64,000 nucleotides of DNA from Moniliella sp. 'wahieum' (lineage: Eukaryota): positions 186,001 to 250,000 of the forward strand of contig RSEE01000065.1 in assembly GCA_003971905.1 (NCBI GenBank), written 5' to 3'. The notes under the pieces were generated by a model, which made no database searches, was not told where the DNA came from, and saw nothing but the letters and a program-made list of their open reading frames with translations. Made by a program: the position numbers and the translations under genes. Within the stretch, counting starts at the first letter, position 1. Every line of letters starts with the position of its first letter. This document shows, in pieces, positions 11,735 through 22,799 of this stretch.

Positions 11735-14641
11735 TTAGAACAAGCCCTGCACCTCGCCATTTTCATCCAGGTCAATGTCGTAGTAGCCTGGACGAGTCGA
11801 GAGACCCGGCATGGTCTGCATGGCGCCCAGCAACGGGTAGACAAACCCAGCCCCGCAGCGAGCTTGACCGAGCGAATGGGGACGGTGAAGCCCGACGGGC
11901 GGCCCTTGAGCTTAGGGTCGTGGCTGAGCGACAGGTGGGTCTTGGCCATGCAAATGGGCAAGTGGCCAAAGCCTTGTTGGGTGTAGGTTTCGATCTGTTT
12001 GGCCGCCAGCTCGCTGAGCTCAATCCCATCCGCCCCGTACATCTCCTTGGCGATCGTCTCAATCTTGGCCGGGATAGGCAGGTTGGCGTCGTAGAGGAAC
12101 TTAAAGTCGGATTGGGTGCCCTCCAGCTGCTCAATTACCGCCTTGGCCAGGTCCACCGCACCTGCTCCACCCTCCTCCCAGTGGTTGCTCGGCACCGCCG
12201 CATCAGCACCCGCCTTGAGCGCCTCCTCCTCCTGCACCACCTTGATCTCGGCCGCCTCCGTGTCGGTAGCAAAGCGGTTGATGGCAACAATCACCTTGAG
12301 GCCAAACTTCTTGGCATTCTCAATGTGTTTGGCCAAGTTGGCGCACCCGGCCCGCGTGATCTCAACGTTCTCCTGGGTGTACACATCATCCAGCGGCTTC
12401 CCCGGCGTCACTTCAGGACCGCCACCGTGGGTCTTGAGGGCGCGCACCGTTGCCACCAAAACGGCCGCGTCCGGTACCAGCCCCGACTCACGGCACTTGA
12501 TGTTGCAGAACTTCTCCATCCCAATGTCTGCCCCAAAGCCAGCCTCAGTGACGACGTATCCAACCTGGTCCGGAGCATCCCCTTCCTCAAGACCAGCGAG
12601 CTTGAGTGCGATCGCATCCGCAAGGATCGAGCTGTTGCCATGGGCAATGTTGGCAAACGGACCGGCATGGACAAAGACCGGGGTGCCCTCCAGCGTCTGC
12701 ATCAAGTTTGGCTTGATCGCATCCTTCATCAGCACCGTCAGAGCACACCGCAACCAATGTCGTCGGCGGTAACCGGCTGGCCGGACTTGGAGGTGGCAAC
12801 GACCATGTTGCCCAGACGCTCGCGCATGTCCTTCAGGTCGCGAGCAAGAGCCAACCACAGCCATGCACTCCGATGCAACCGCAATGTCAAAGCCTGTCTT
12901 GGGTCAAGCCTTTTCCGTCGGGGCCTCGCCCACCGTGATCTCACGGAGGTACCGGTCGTTGGTGTCCACCCACGGTGCCAGTAATCGTGTCGGGGTCAAT
13001 GTCGAGACGGGCCCATTTGACCCGTTCCTCGGGCGTCAGGTCGTCAGGATTGGTCTTGTCGATGCCCAACTTCTTGAGACGCTTGAACATGACAGGTGCA
13101 AATGTCCGCACACCCTTTTCTTGGGCGTCAGGCGGTCGAACAAAGGACCATCCTTCTGGGTCGCCTCGTGGAACATGCGTGCATCAATGGCAGCCGCCAA
13201 AAGGTTGTTGGCCGCCGTGACAGCATGGTTGTCGCCCGTCAAGTGCAGGTTGAACTGTCGCAGCACAAGTGTCAGATCAAACAAATCAGAACAAAATAGG
13301 AAGTCACGTACCTCCTCCATAGGAATAACCTGAGAGAATCCTCCCCCGGCCGCACCACCCTTGATGCCAAAGGTGGGGCCCTGCGACGGCTGACGCACGC
13401 ATGCAAACGCAGGTTTGTGCAAGTGGGCCCAGAGCTTGAACCAGGCCGATCGTGGTAGTCGACTTGCCCTCGCCCAGGGGAGTAGGGGTGATACCAGCGA
13501 CGACAATGTACTTGCCATTGGTGCGGTTCTTGAGCCGGTCCAAAATGTCCAGAGAGACCTTGGCCTTGACATCGCCGTAGGGCTCAAGCTCCTCGGACAG
13601 GATGCCTACTTCGTTGGCAACCTCCGCAATTGGGCGCGGGGTCTGCGAACGGGCAACAATGATATCGGCAGGAACGGGCTTGATGAGCTTGATGGGTTGG
13701 GGTAGCAACCCCACGGGGGTTGTACAGGCCCTTTCCCAGCAAACGCTGAGCTCCCAACAACACATTCTCCATTAAGCAAGCGATGGTCATCGGGCCCACG
13801 CCACCGGGGGACAGGGGTGATTGCCTTGGCCACCTTAGATGCCGAGGCAAAGTCGACATCCCCACCAGACGGTGGCCCGACTTCTTGCTTGCGTCAGGAA
13901 CGTAGTTGATCCCACATCAATCACCACCACGCCGGGCTTGAGCCACTCGCCCTTGACGAATGCGGGCTTACCCATCGCAGCCACGACAATGTCAGCATTC
14001 TGAGGTACTCGGGTAAATTCTGGGTACGGCTGTGCACCTGGGTCACGTGCAGTTCTTGGAGCGCAACAGACTCGACACGGGGTTCCCCACAATGTCCGAG
14101 CGGCCAATCACAGTGGCGGACAAGCCCGACAAGTCGGTGAGACCAGCTTGGGCCAAAGTTTGATGCAGGCGGCCGGGGTGCAGGGCTCAAACATCGGGTG
14201 GCCGCCTTGGAGGAGAGGTGACCAATGTTGAGTGAATGAAAGCCGTCGACATCCTTGGTAGGAGACACCTCTCCGTCACGCGGCGCTCAGCGTCTGCATC
14301 AATGTGGTCGCCGAGAGGGAGCTGGACGAGCACGCCGTGAACAGAGGGGTCCTGGTTCAGCAGACGGACCTGCTTGCGGATCTCCTCCTCGGTAGCACCA
14401 TCGGGGAGCTGGACGTGGGTGGCTTTGATGCCGCACTCCTCAGCTGCCTTGAGCTTGCCGCGGATGTAGGTGCTGCTGGCACTCTGAGCGCCGACCTGGA
14501 CGATGCAGACGTGGGACGGAAGGTAGAAAACCTTGGCGCGCGTCTGCTAAATCGTCTCCTTGACGTGGGCAGGGTGGCCTTGGCCAGCTCGGTTCCGCTG
14601 ATAAGCGCGGCACCCCCCTCGGAGGCGGACAGGGAGGACAT
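11735..14641 (-). CDS. ADE3: C1-tetrahydrofolate synthase (dehydrogenase/cyclohydrolase plus formyl-THF synthetase)
   Basis: 'KDVDGFH', '[10 protein letters not shown]', '[18 protein letters not shown]', '[19 protein letters not shown]', '[32 protein letters not shown]', '[11 protein letters not shown]'. One GT-AG intron at ~13255-13311. Many frameshifts. Confidence 0.95.
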
Positions 14642-15337
14642 GGCGTAGGCGCAGCGGGGTGGGGGGGGGCAGGAAGAGGCACCAGGTGGTGGTGGGGGGG
14701 TCGGGGGCGACGAAGCGAGGACGCCGAGAGAAGATCCAGACGGGGCGGCTGCCAGCGGAGAAGCAGTGGTCGACCGTGAGATGATCGGTGGTCACAGATG
14801 GGGCTGGCCGGACGGCGGGCGCAGGGGCAGTGTCCGGGGCAACGGCACGGCCGCAGCGCGGCTGTGGGCGGACTTGTGCCGTGGGCGACGAATCGGATGC
14901 GAATTCCATCTGCAATGCACATCTGCAATCTGCCAAACCGGCCGTCTTCACTCGGCCGCCGCCAGCAGCCCAGATGGGACTGCGTCGCTGTGCACACGGC
15001 GACGGACAAACGATCTCTGTATCCACCCAGTCTCTCGCATCCCACATGTCACATCTGACTCTTGCCACCGCACCATTTTCTCCCCATCGCCCCTCCTTGC
15101 CGGACAAAGCCGTGGCCTACTTGCAAATGTTGGCAAGGGGAAAAGCGGGAAAACGTCCCAGCCGCCAGAATGCTACGACGCCGTGTCCCCGACCGCCTGT
15201 CGCATCACGTGATGAGCGCACGAGGCGCGGTTGAACGTTGAACGTTGAAGGTCTTTGTCCCCCCCCCCATGCGGTTTGAACGTGTCTCCTCCTTCTGGTC
15301 CTGAGGGCGTCACTGATGACAACCAAGATGGAGATGA

Positions 15338-15539
15338 TGTGCAAACCCATGGACCCGATAGTGAACTGGCGTAGGGACTCTTTCCAATGCTCAAGAGGCA
15401 GAGAAGCTCGTCATACCATCAAGCAAGTGTGGAGCGGGAGCTTGCGGTCTCTATTATAGGAAAAGACAGAAGGGAGAGAAGGATCCCGCCTCAGTCTGTC
15501 TGTGCAGTGCTGATGGTCTGGTGACCAGTCGTGACCACA
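15338..15539 (-). mobile_element. Probable degraded solo LTR related to the adjacent LTR
   Basis: The minus strand starts TGTGGTCACGACTGG at 15539, resembling the start of the LTR at 15728 (TGTGGTCACACGGTCACGACTGG). TATA-like site at 15451-15460. The other end is uncertain and no TSD was found. Confidence 0.4.
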
Positions 15540-15727
15540 ACGGGCAATCTTAATAGAGGCGCAGAATCGTGCTACCTTCGGGCACGGATGCTACGAGCAC
15601 GAAATGCAGGGCGACAACATGGACTCAGTCTGGCATGAGCACGAACATATGGTGTCTCTTCCGCCTCAACAGCATGTACTTGAAGAAAGGGAGGACGCAA
15701 AAACACCCTTTTTTTGTGGATTCCCTC

Positions 15728-16127
15728 TGTGGTCACACGGTCACGACTGGATCAAGTTCCCGAGTGATTATACTAAGATCGGATCTCCTTTGGCACATTA
15801 GCATTTTGACTGCCGTCAGTATTTAGTGCCATGGGCATGATTCCAAGCCAGTCCACAACCGCATGGCAGTGAGCTTGTGGACAGAGGGGTATAAAAAGCA
15901 TTCGTCAGTCTGCGTGGCAACAATACGAATACGTATCCTTGGGTTGTGTCATAGTTTGGCTGATCTCGCTCCCATTTCCAATTTCTTCGTCTCGAGCGTC
16001 TCGCTCCTTCCCTGTTCCTTCCACTTCGCACCATGTCCTCTGTTCTTGCTTCTTCCCCACGAACGATTGCTACACCCCTTGGCCTAGTCCGATCCTGGTC
16101 TCCCTCGCCTTAGCCCCGACTGTGACA
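15728..16127 (+). mobile_element. 5' LTR (~400 bp) of a truncated Ty3/gypsy-type retrotransposon
   Basis: TGT...ACA termini and TATAAAA at ~15890. The 3' half (15951-16127) matches the reverse complement of 61316-61344 plus ~61570-61725. Directly followed by a gag-like ORF. Confidence 0.8.
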
Positions 16128-16168
16128 TTATCGTTCGTCTAACCGTCAACAGGCGAGCCCGACCAGAG

Positions 16169-17095
16169 ATGTCCTCGATCCACGACAACCCCCATGACCC
16201 CAGTAACCCTAGCGCGCCGCACCCCATCGCGCGGCGCGGCCCGATCCGACCCCCGTCCGACCCCCCCTCTGACGCTCCGTTCGACGACGATGGCCCGGAG
16301 TGGTTCCACCCGGCTGGCCCTCTGACCCCCCATGCAGCTCCGTCTGTTGCGCGCCCGCCCCCGGGGTATACATTGCCTGCCTCCGACCTGTCCGGCCTGG
16401 ACCTCGAGGCCGCTCAGCGCCGGGTCGATGAGGCCCGCAGAATGCGCCAGCTTCTGTTGACGGAGGCCCGGGAACACCAGGCCTACCTTGCAGCCCAGGA
16501 GGACCAGCGCCGCGCTTTCGAGATGACAAGAGGCGAAGCGCCGTGAGCACCGCCTCCGTCAGCGGCGGGAGAGGCGGCGCTCGCCGCGGAAGAGGCCCGG
16601 TTGGCCCGCTCGGTACGGGAGGCTCAAAACTGGCGTGGTGTCCTCGGGCCCCGCCCCGCTCCCGCCCCTGGGCCTTATGGTGATGTGACCGCCATCCCGA
16701 ACAAGGTGTCGGAAGAGCCGAAGATGTTCGAGCCCGTTCGTTTCCGCCCGACGTCTGGGTGCGAATCCCAACTCTCGGGACCGGGTCCAGGCCCAGCACG
16801 TCGTCACCTCCTTCGAGATTTACGCGCGCGTCGCCCTCACGCATCTGGGCGCGGCGGCATGGATCGACCGCTTCATGGGCCTGCTGCAGGGGAGGCCCTC
16901 ACTTGGGTCGAGCAGTTCGGTTCGGAGGTGGCCCTTCCCCTGGAGGCGCGCACCACACCCGCCCTCCGGTCTTGGCCTGCGTTTCGCGCAGCTTTCCTGG
17001 AGCAGTGGGGCGAGCGCAACCCGGCGCTGAAGGCGTTTGAGGAGTTTGGTCGTCTTCGGATTCACAGACTGAGGAGGATATCGCGCAATGAATGA
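16169..17095 (+). pseudogene. Retrotransposon gag-like ORF, frameshifted and truncated; no pol
   Basis: 'GEALTWVEQF...SWPAFRAAFLEQWGERNPALKAFEEFGRLR' matches the Ty3/gypsy capsid pattern (A..W...W..F...F...). Located 41 nt after the LTR end. Confidence 0.7.
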
Positions 17096-17540
17096 TTTCA
17101 CAGTTTTACCCCACTGTACGTTTTCGTACACTGCGGTGGTGCTCTCCGCGCGTTTGGAACCAAGCAAGAAAATTATACCAAACACACGCTGCCACCGAAG
17201 CATCACACATGTCACACCGCTACAGGCCATGTCCCCCCGTCCACCACTGATGGTCTTCATTGGCGCAGTCACTAGCCAGTACTCAATCTGAGTGCTCAAC
17301 GCCTGTGCAAGAACGGGAATTGACAACTGATTGCCGGGGCTCCATGCGCTCCATTGACATTATTGTTGACAGGCATGACAAGAGTGACAGCATGCGATAG
17401 CCAAACGCATCTTGCCTTTTGCATCATGGGGCCGCGGGGAAGCGGCACACGGGCTATACCAAGGCACAGAGGCCACACAGGGCGCTCGTTGTCGCACGCG
17501 TGTTAGATGCGCCGTGCATCCAGTGGCGCAACAACCCCAG

Positions 17541-17710
17541 TCACATGTCACAGGCCTCAGTCCTCAAAAGCTTCAAGCTTCAAGCTTCAAGCTTCAGGCC
17601 AGCTTCAGCTTCAGGCCTCAGGCTGAGGCCTCAGGGCAAGAAGGTGAGAGGCTCAGCACGGCTCAGCAGGGCTCAGGGCGCATGCAGTAAGGCTCAGCAT
17701 GGCTCAGCTG
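17541..17710. repeat. Heptamer micro-arrays (TTCAAGC)n and a (C/G)CTCAG-rich tract
   Basis: TCA-AGCT x3 at 17573-17596, TCA-CATG-TCA at 17541, TCA-GGCC-TCA at 17611, then repeated GGCTCAG. Confidence 0.85.
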
Positions 17711-17734
17711 CGCTCGGGCACATGCAGGCGAGAG

Positions 17735-17975
17735 TGTAAAGTCTGTTGGCCTAGGGAGCCGGACGGGCAGAAGGATGAGGAGAAGGTGATGGATTGGAGC
17801 CAGAGTTGGGTCTGGGTACAGAGGCATCTATATAGGAGGCCGGACTAGGCACAGGGACAGTGAGTCACACAGGAGAGAGTGCAGGGCACAGGGACAGTGA
17901 CACGCAGGACGTCAGCATGGAAGCCGATGGAACCGAGGCGAACCTGGTCTACCGACTGGGAGCCAGAGGATCACA
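17735..17975 (-). mobile_element. Possible solo LTR
   Basis: TGTA...CACA ends, TATATA at ~17830 and an internal direct repeat GGCACAGGGACAGTGA (x2). No TSD found. Confidence 0.3.
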
Positions 17976-19758
17976 GTCAACAAAGTCGAATTAGCGCCCC
18001 CACAGACCTTTCCTGCGGCCCCCCGCAGCCGTATTAGGAAGTAGGATTTGTCCTGCTTTGTCCTGGTTTGTGCCCCCTATCCCCCCCCCATCACTGCATC
18101 AGGCGGACCGTTTGCGCCGGCCATTCAGGGGTTTCAACTTTTGACGAGAGAGTGCTAAAGATGTCGAGTGAAACGCCCAACTACCCCTTATACCGTCAGT
18201 CCACCAGTCCAGAGGGCTGTTTGGAAGAGACGCCATTTAATGCGGTCCTCCAGCTTCCAATCAGTAGAGAGCAGGTACGCCTCGGTTCTCCGCCGGCTTT
18301 CACGCTGCGGGCATCATGCCGGCGTGGTGCTGCCCCTGCTCCCCTAAGGCCTAACCCTTTCTCCTGTACTATGCATCACTGTGGTCCTGATGTACCCAGT
18401 CCGGCCTCCTCCAGGTGGATGCCTCTGCAAACGTTCCGATCTATATCACCTTCCCATCCTTCTGCCTATCTCCCTAGGCCACCAGAGCATCGGATCTGCT
18501 GATATGATGCATGCTGGTAATGAAGCCTGAGAGTGGAGGGGTCAGCCAGTCAGATTGAGGGCTCATCGATCATCGCAGCTTCGCGATCCCTTTTTCCACG
18601 ATTTACTCCCCCTTGTGCAGGACCAGGAAGAGCTCTGGCGTCCTGTGGGTACAACCAACGACGGAGAGATATGGCGATTTTGCCCCATAAAGCGACGAGC
18701 CGGCGCTGGGTTTGAACATGCACACAACAATGCGGCCACGCTCGGCCAACATGCTGGTGAGACTTAGCGCGCTCAGCGCTCAGCCTGGGCGCTCATGCCA
18801 GCCCGGCTCAACATGATCTGGACGGATGATCGAGATGCGTAGGAGTGTTGGTGTAGAAAGACGGAGAAGCGACCTGAGGCCAGAGGCCCGTTGAAGGAAC
18901 CCCAGCGTATAGCGTACCGCGCAACTGCGCACACAGATAATGTCCGCTCGCCGAGTTGGCCCATGCTTGTGAATCGGTCAGCATTAGTACCGTTAGGTCG
19001 AGAGGGAGAGCGGGTCTCATCTGTATTTTTTAACGGATGAGCTCGATGAGGGTCGGCCCAAGTGGGCCGGTGGTGCAATTAGCAAAGACGCCCTGAGATC
19101 CTGAGAGTAGCGTTTGTTTCGAAGAAAATGGTGCCAGTCGTCTCTGATGCATCAGTGGCTCATCTTTGCTTCTCTCCTGCCCCCCATTACGAGTTGAATG
19201 GTGCATGACATTCATGTTGACATTGTGAAGTGACATTGCATGACATGCAAACAATCATGCGGTGTGAAGGATGATTAATGATTGATGCGCCTGATCTAAT
19301 GTCCTTCTCTTATGTCCACGGCGTGAAGAAGGAACCGAGGCCGAATGCAATAAGACCAAGGAGGCGGGGAAGAACAGGTAAGCGCGGTGTGGTAGAAGGG
19401 TGCAACCCATAATGATGTCTGCGGCGGTGCTGTGGCATTAACAGCGCTGCTGGTGTTGGATGTTGGGGACTTTTGTGGTCTGAGCGTCTGGGGGTGGGCG
19501 TTTGTGGGCGTCATTAATCATCAATCATTGCCTGTGGTGCTGTGGCAGCTGGTGCACGTTGACGTTGATTAATGATTACACTTGCGATGCCACTCGAGTG
19601 AAACGGAGCCTGAAGCTTGGAGACTGGCATGGGCTTGGAAATTGGACGGGACATACTGGGGAAGAAGGCGAAGGGCTTGTCTAATGTACTGCGCAGATGC
19701 GAAGAAAGTTTGATTCGCGCCAGGAACACAGGAGGGGACGCGGGGGCGAGTGGGGCGA

Positions 19759-20235
19759 TGATGCATGATGCATGATGCATGATTGAAGGCAGGTGCCTAG
19801 TGCTCGTGCCCCTTGCATGCGGGGCAGCGCAGTAGCACAAGGCGGAGCCCCACACCACCGGCACGGGCGCTCTGATCCACTCCAAGCCAAAGCCTCAGCG
19901 CCTCAGATGATCGATGATCGATGATCGATGATCGATGAGTTAATCATTCACACTGTACGAATGTCACATGCATCACACACGATGAACCCTCGGCCTCAGC
20001 GGTGCGGCGGGAGTACAGCAGTCCCCACCCTGCGATGTCAGAATCCCACATCTCTTCAGATGGGTGCCAGCTCGTGACCGGTGGGTGGGTGGCATGCGTG
20101 ACATGGCCCGTGGTCGATGATACGGTGACACGAGTGACATTCGGCCGATGGGAGCATGGGAGCATGTGAACATGTGAACGTGTGACGCGTGATGCATGTG
20201 ACATTGATGCATGATGCATGATGCATGATGCATGA
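19759..20235. repeat. Heptamer micro-arrays (TGATGCA)n and (TGATCGA)n upstream of CreA/Mig1
   Basis: (TGATGCA)3 at 19759, (TGATCGA)4 at 19908-19938, TGA-CGCG-TGA at 20183, (TGATGCA)4 at 20205-20235. Confidence 0.9.
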
Positions 20236-20740
20236 TGTCGGTGCATGGCATCGATCACACATCTTCCATGCTGGAGTGGGCTTTGGTCGGGGCATTCGGA
20301 TGGTGCGGGGCGGGGGACGGGGGCAGTGTCTCTCCGCATTCGAGTCCTGTCGCCCCGTGCGTCAAGCATCATGCACCATGCACCATGTACCGTGCATGCA
20401 TGGCCCGCCTCTGGCCCCGTGCGCCGGCGGTGTGCGCAGGGGCAACACAGGGCGACACTGGCGGGGTGCGGGGGCGGCGCAGGGGCCGACGGCTGCCGGG
20501 GCTGCCGGTCATCCCGGATGAATACGATGCATCCACCGGGGGCCCAGCCAGGCCACGCCAGGCCACGCCAGGCCACGCCAGCTGGGGTTGCTGCCATGTC
20601 CACCGCCGTCTCCACCACCGTCTCCGCCTTCACCACCACTCCCGACAGCGCCGCGCGCTGTGCTGTGTAGGGTCAGTCGTCGTTGTTCCGCGCCCACGCC
20701 CCCGCCGCCGTCGCTGCCTCTGCTGCCTCTTCCTCTGGCC

Positions 20741-22799
20741 ATGCCCTCCTCCGGCACTGCTACCGCCAGCGGTGCACCCGACCGTAGCAAGATTCCTCGC
20801 CCCTACCAGTGCCCGCTGTGTCCCCGCGCGTTTTACCGTCTGGAGCACCAGGTGCGTCCTTCCCTTCGCCGTGTTGGTTCCCTGTCCGGTACCCCATGCT
20901 GACCGTTCCCGGCTTCGCCCGTCGCCGTCATGCAGACACGCCATATCCGCACTCACACGGGCGAGAAGCCCCATGCCTGCCAGACATTGGCTGCGGCAAA
21001 CGTTTCTCCCGTTCCGACGAGCTGACCCGCCACTCGCGCATCCATTCAACCCCCAAACGCATCCGCATCCCCCACCCCGCCCCACCCGTCCCCTTCGTCC
21101 CAGGCTGCGCCCCCGCTCCCTCCATGTCTCCCGACTTGGCCGCGCGGGAACCTGGCACACTCCCCTTTGTCCCTGCTATGCCTGTGCCGGTCCCGATGGC
21201 GATGCCCATCCCCATGCTCCCACCTACTGCGCCACGAGCCGTGGGGGAAGACGGCTGCCCCATGTCGTGGGAAGAATCCTACCCTGGGCTCGAGCCATAC
21301 CAGGGAGCAGCCATCCGCCTCGTCCGCAAGGCGGGCCGTTCCGGTTCGTAAAAGATGCCGATGTCAGCATGGAAACTGAGCCGGAGCGCGAAACGCCCTA
21401 CTCGCTCCTCCTTTCCGCCGCTCGGGGGTGGGAACAATATGAATGCGCTGGCCATGCTGGCTGCAGAGGAGCTCGAGGAGCTGAATCAGTCCGCTACTTC
21501 CCCCCCGGGCCCAGCTCCATCGCACTTGGGCCCAACACGACCCGCATGCGAGCACGAAGGGTGTATGGAATCGTACCATGAACAGATTGCTTCGGCGGTG
21601 CGAAGCAATTTTCCTGTCCCTGTTCCTGCTCGCGGCCGGCAGAGTCCTCACTATGCCCACCCTGTCTCACAGTCTGTGCCTGTGGATCGCTCATACTCTG
21701 GTTCGGCCTATCGCACCATGCGCCCCGCGCCCGAGTCGGTGCTTAGTTCTATGGCACCATCGCCCCGGATGAGCGCACTGGACCGCCCGGGGTCTGGGGA
21801 GGACGTTGAGTCGGACGGGGAACTGCCGCCTCCGGTCAGCTACGCGTCTGGGTCGTCGGTGCCCGTGTCTCAGCGGGCTTCTGCCAGCTGCCGGCCCCGT
21901 ACGTTTTTCACGCCGTCGGCTCGCCGATGTTGGGTCCGCTGCGCAACATGAGTCTCCGCTCTGCTCGGACCATGCCCAATACCCCTCACACTTCGCGTCC
22001 TGGGTCGCCAGTGCATCTGCACCGCTCGCACCCGTCTCATTCGGCCATGGTCTCGCCCCCGCTTGGGCCGCGGGGGACGACCCAAGGCTTGGACATGGTA
22101 GCGTCCGACTCTGGGCTGGTCCACACGGGCGCCAGCCACCATTCTGTCCACCGCCACCGTTCGCACCGTACAGTCCTGGCTCCACCTGTCAGCTCGGATG
22201 CGGCACGGGCTCGGGCTGGGGTGCGCGGTCGTTGCAATTGACTGCCTTGCCTGTGGAGAGGGACGAGGCCGAGGTGGGATCACGTCCTTTGGCCCGCTCT
22301 CGCTCGTTTGGTGCCCATCGACGTGAGGAGGAGGGGGTGGAGGAGATGGAGATGGTGGGAGCAATGGGGATCACCACGGCGCCCAAACGGCGGAAACGAA
22401 TTTCCGACTTGTTGTCGGCCGCACGGGGCCTCCACCTTTGGCGCCCCCCCTTCCCCGGCGCCCGCTCTGCCCCTGGCAGCCCACCAGCAGGACACGCGGC
22501 ATCACGCCCGTCACCGCACGTGGCTCAGCCGACTCATCACCCGCGTCGGAACCGCGAGAGTTGCCCGGGCTGACCTACCATCCTTCGGCCGCCTCGTCGG
22601 TTTCCCATTTGGCCAGTGCTACCGGCCCCAGTTCACCTACCGACACGAGGGCCACCTCGCCTGCGCCTTCGTCTTTGCTTTCCTTGGCAAGTACAAGTTG
22701 CCTCCCCTGAGCGCCATGACACCCATTGTGCCCAACGAACACGCATCCTCCCCGGCCGCCACGGCGCTGCCGACGTTGCGGACGTTGTTGAGCGAGTAG
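20741..22799 (+). CDS. CRE1: CreA/Mig1-family C2H2 zinc-finger carbon catabolite repressor
   Basis: '[19 protein letters not shown]' | intron 20852-20935 | '[15 protein letters not shown]...[19 protein letters not shown]'. C-terminal 'LPPLS...LPTLRTLL' resembles the Mig1/CreA repression motif. The true start may lie further upstream. Confidence 0.9.

Noticed and set aside
11731..12984. Long plus-strand ORFs (417 aa here; also 38064..39545 and 31028..32119)
   Set aside because: Antisense shadows of real minus-strand genes in GC-rich, codon-biased DNA.
18068..19080. Possible degraded gene upstream of CreA
   Set aside because: Short ORFs with no recognisable domain; cannot be supported.
19759..20235. 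CRISPR-like or telomeric interpretation of the short repeat arrays
   Set aside because: Eukaryotic locus, no spacers, and no TTAGGG-type units.
19740..20480. SYGGRG CreA autoregulation sites
   Set aside because: Present, but the motif is too frequent in GC-rich DNA to be informative without conservation data.
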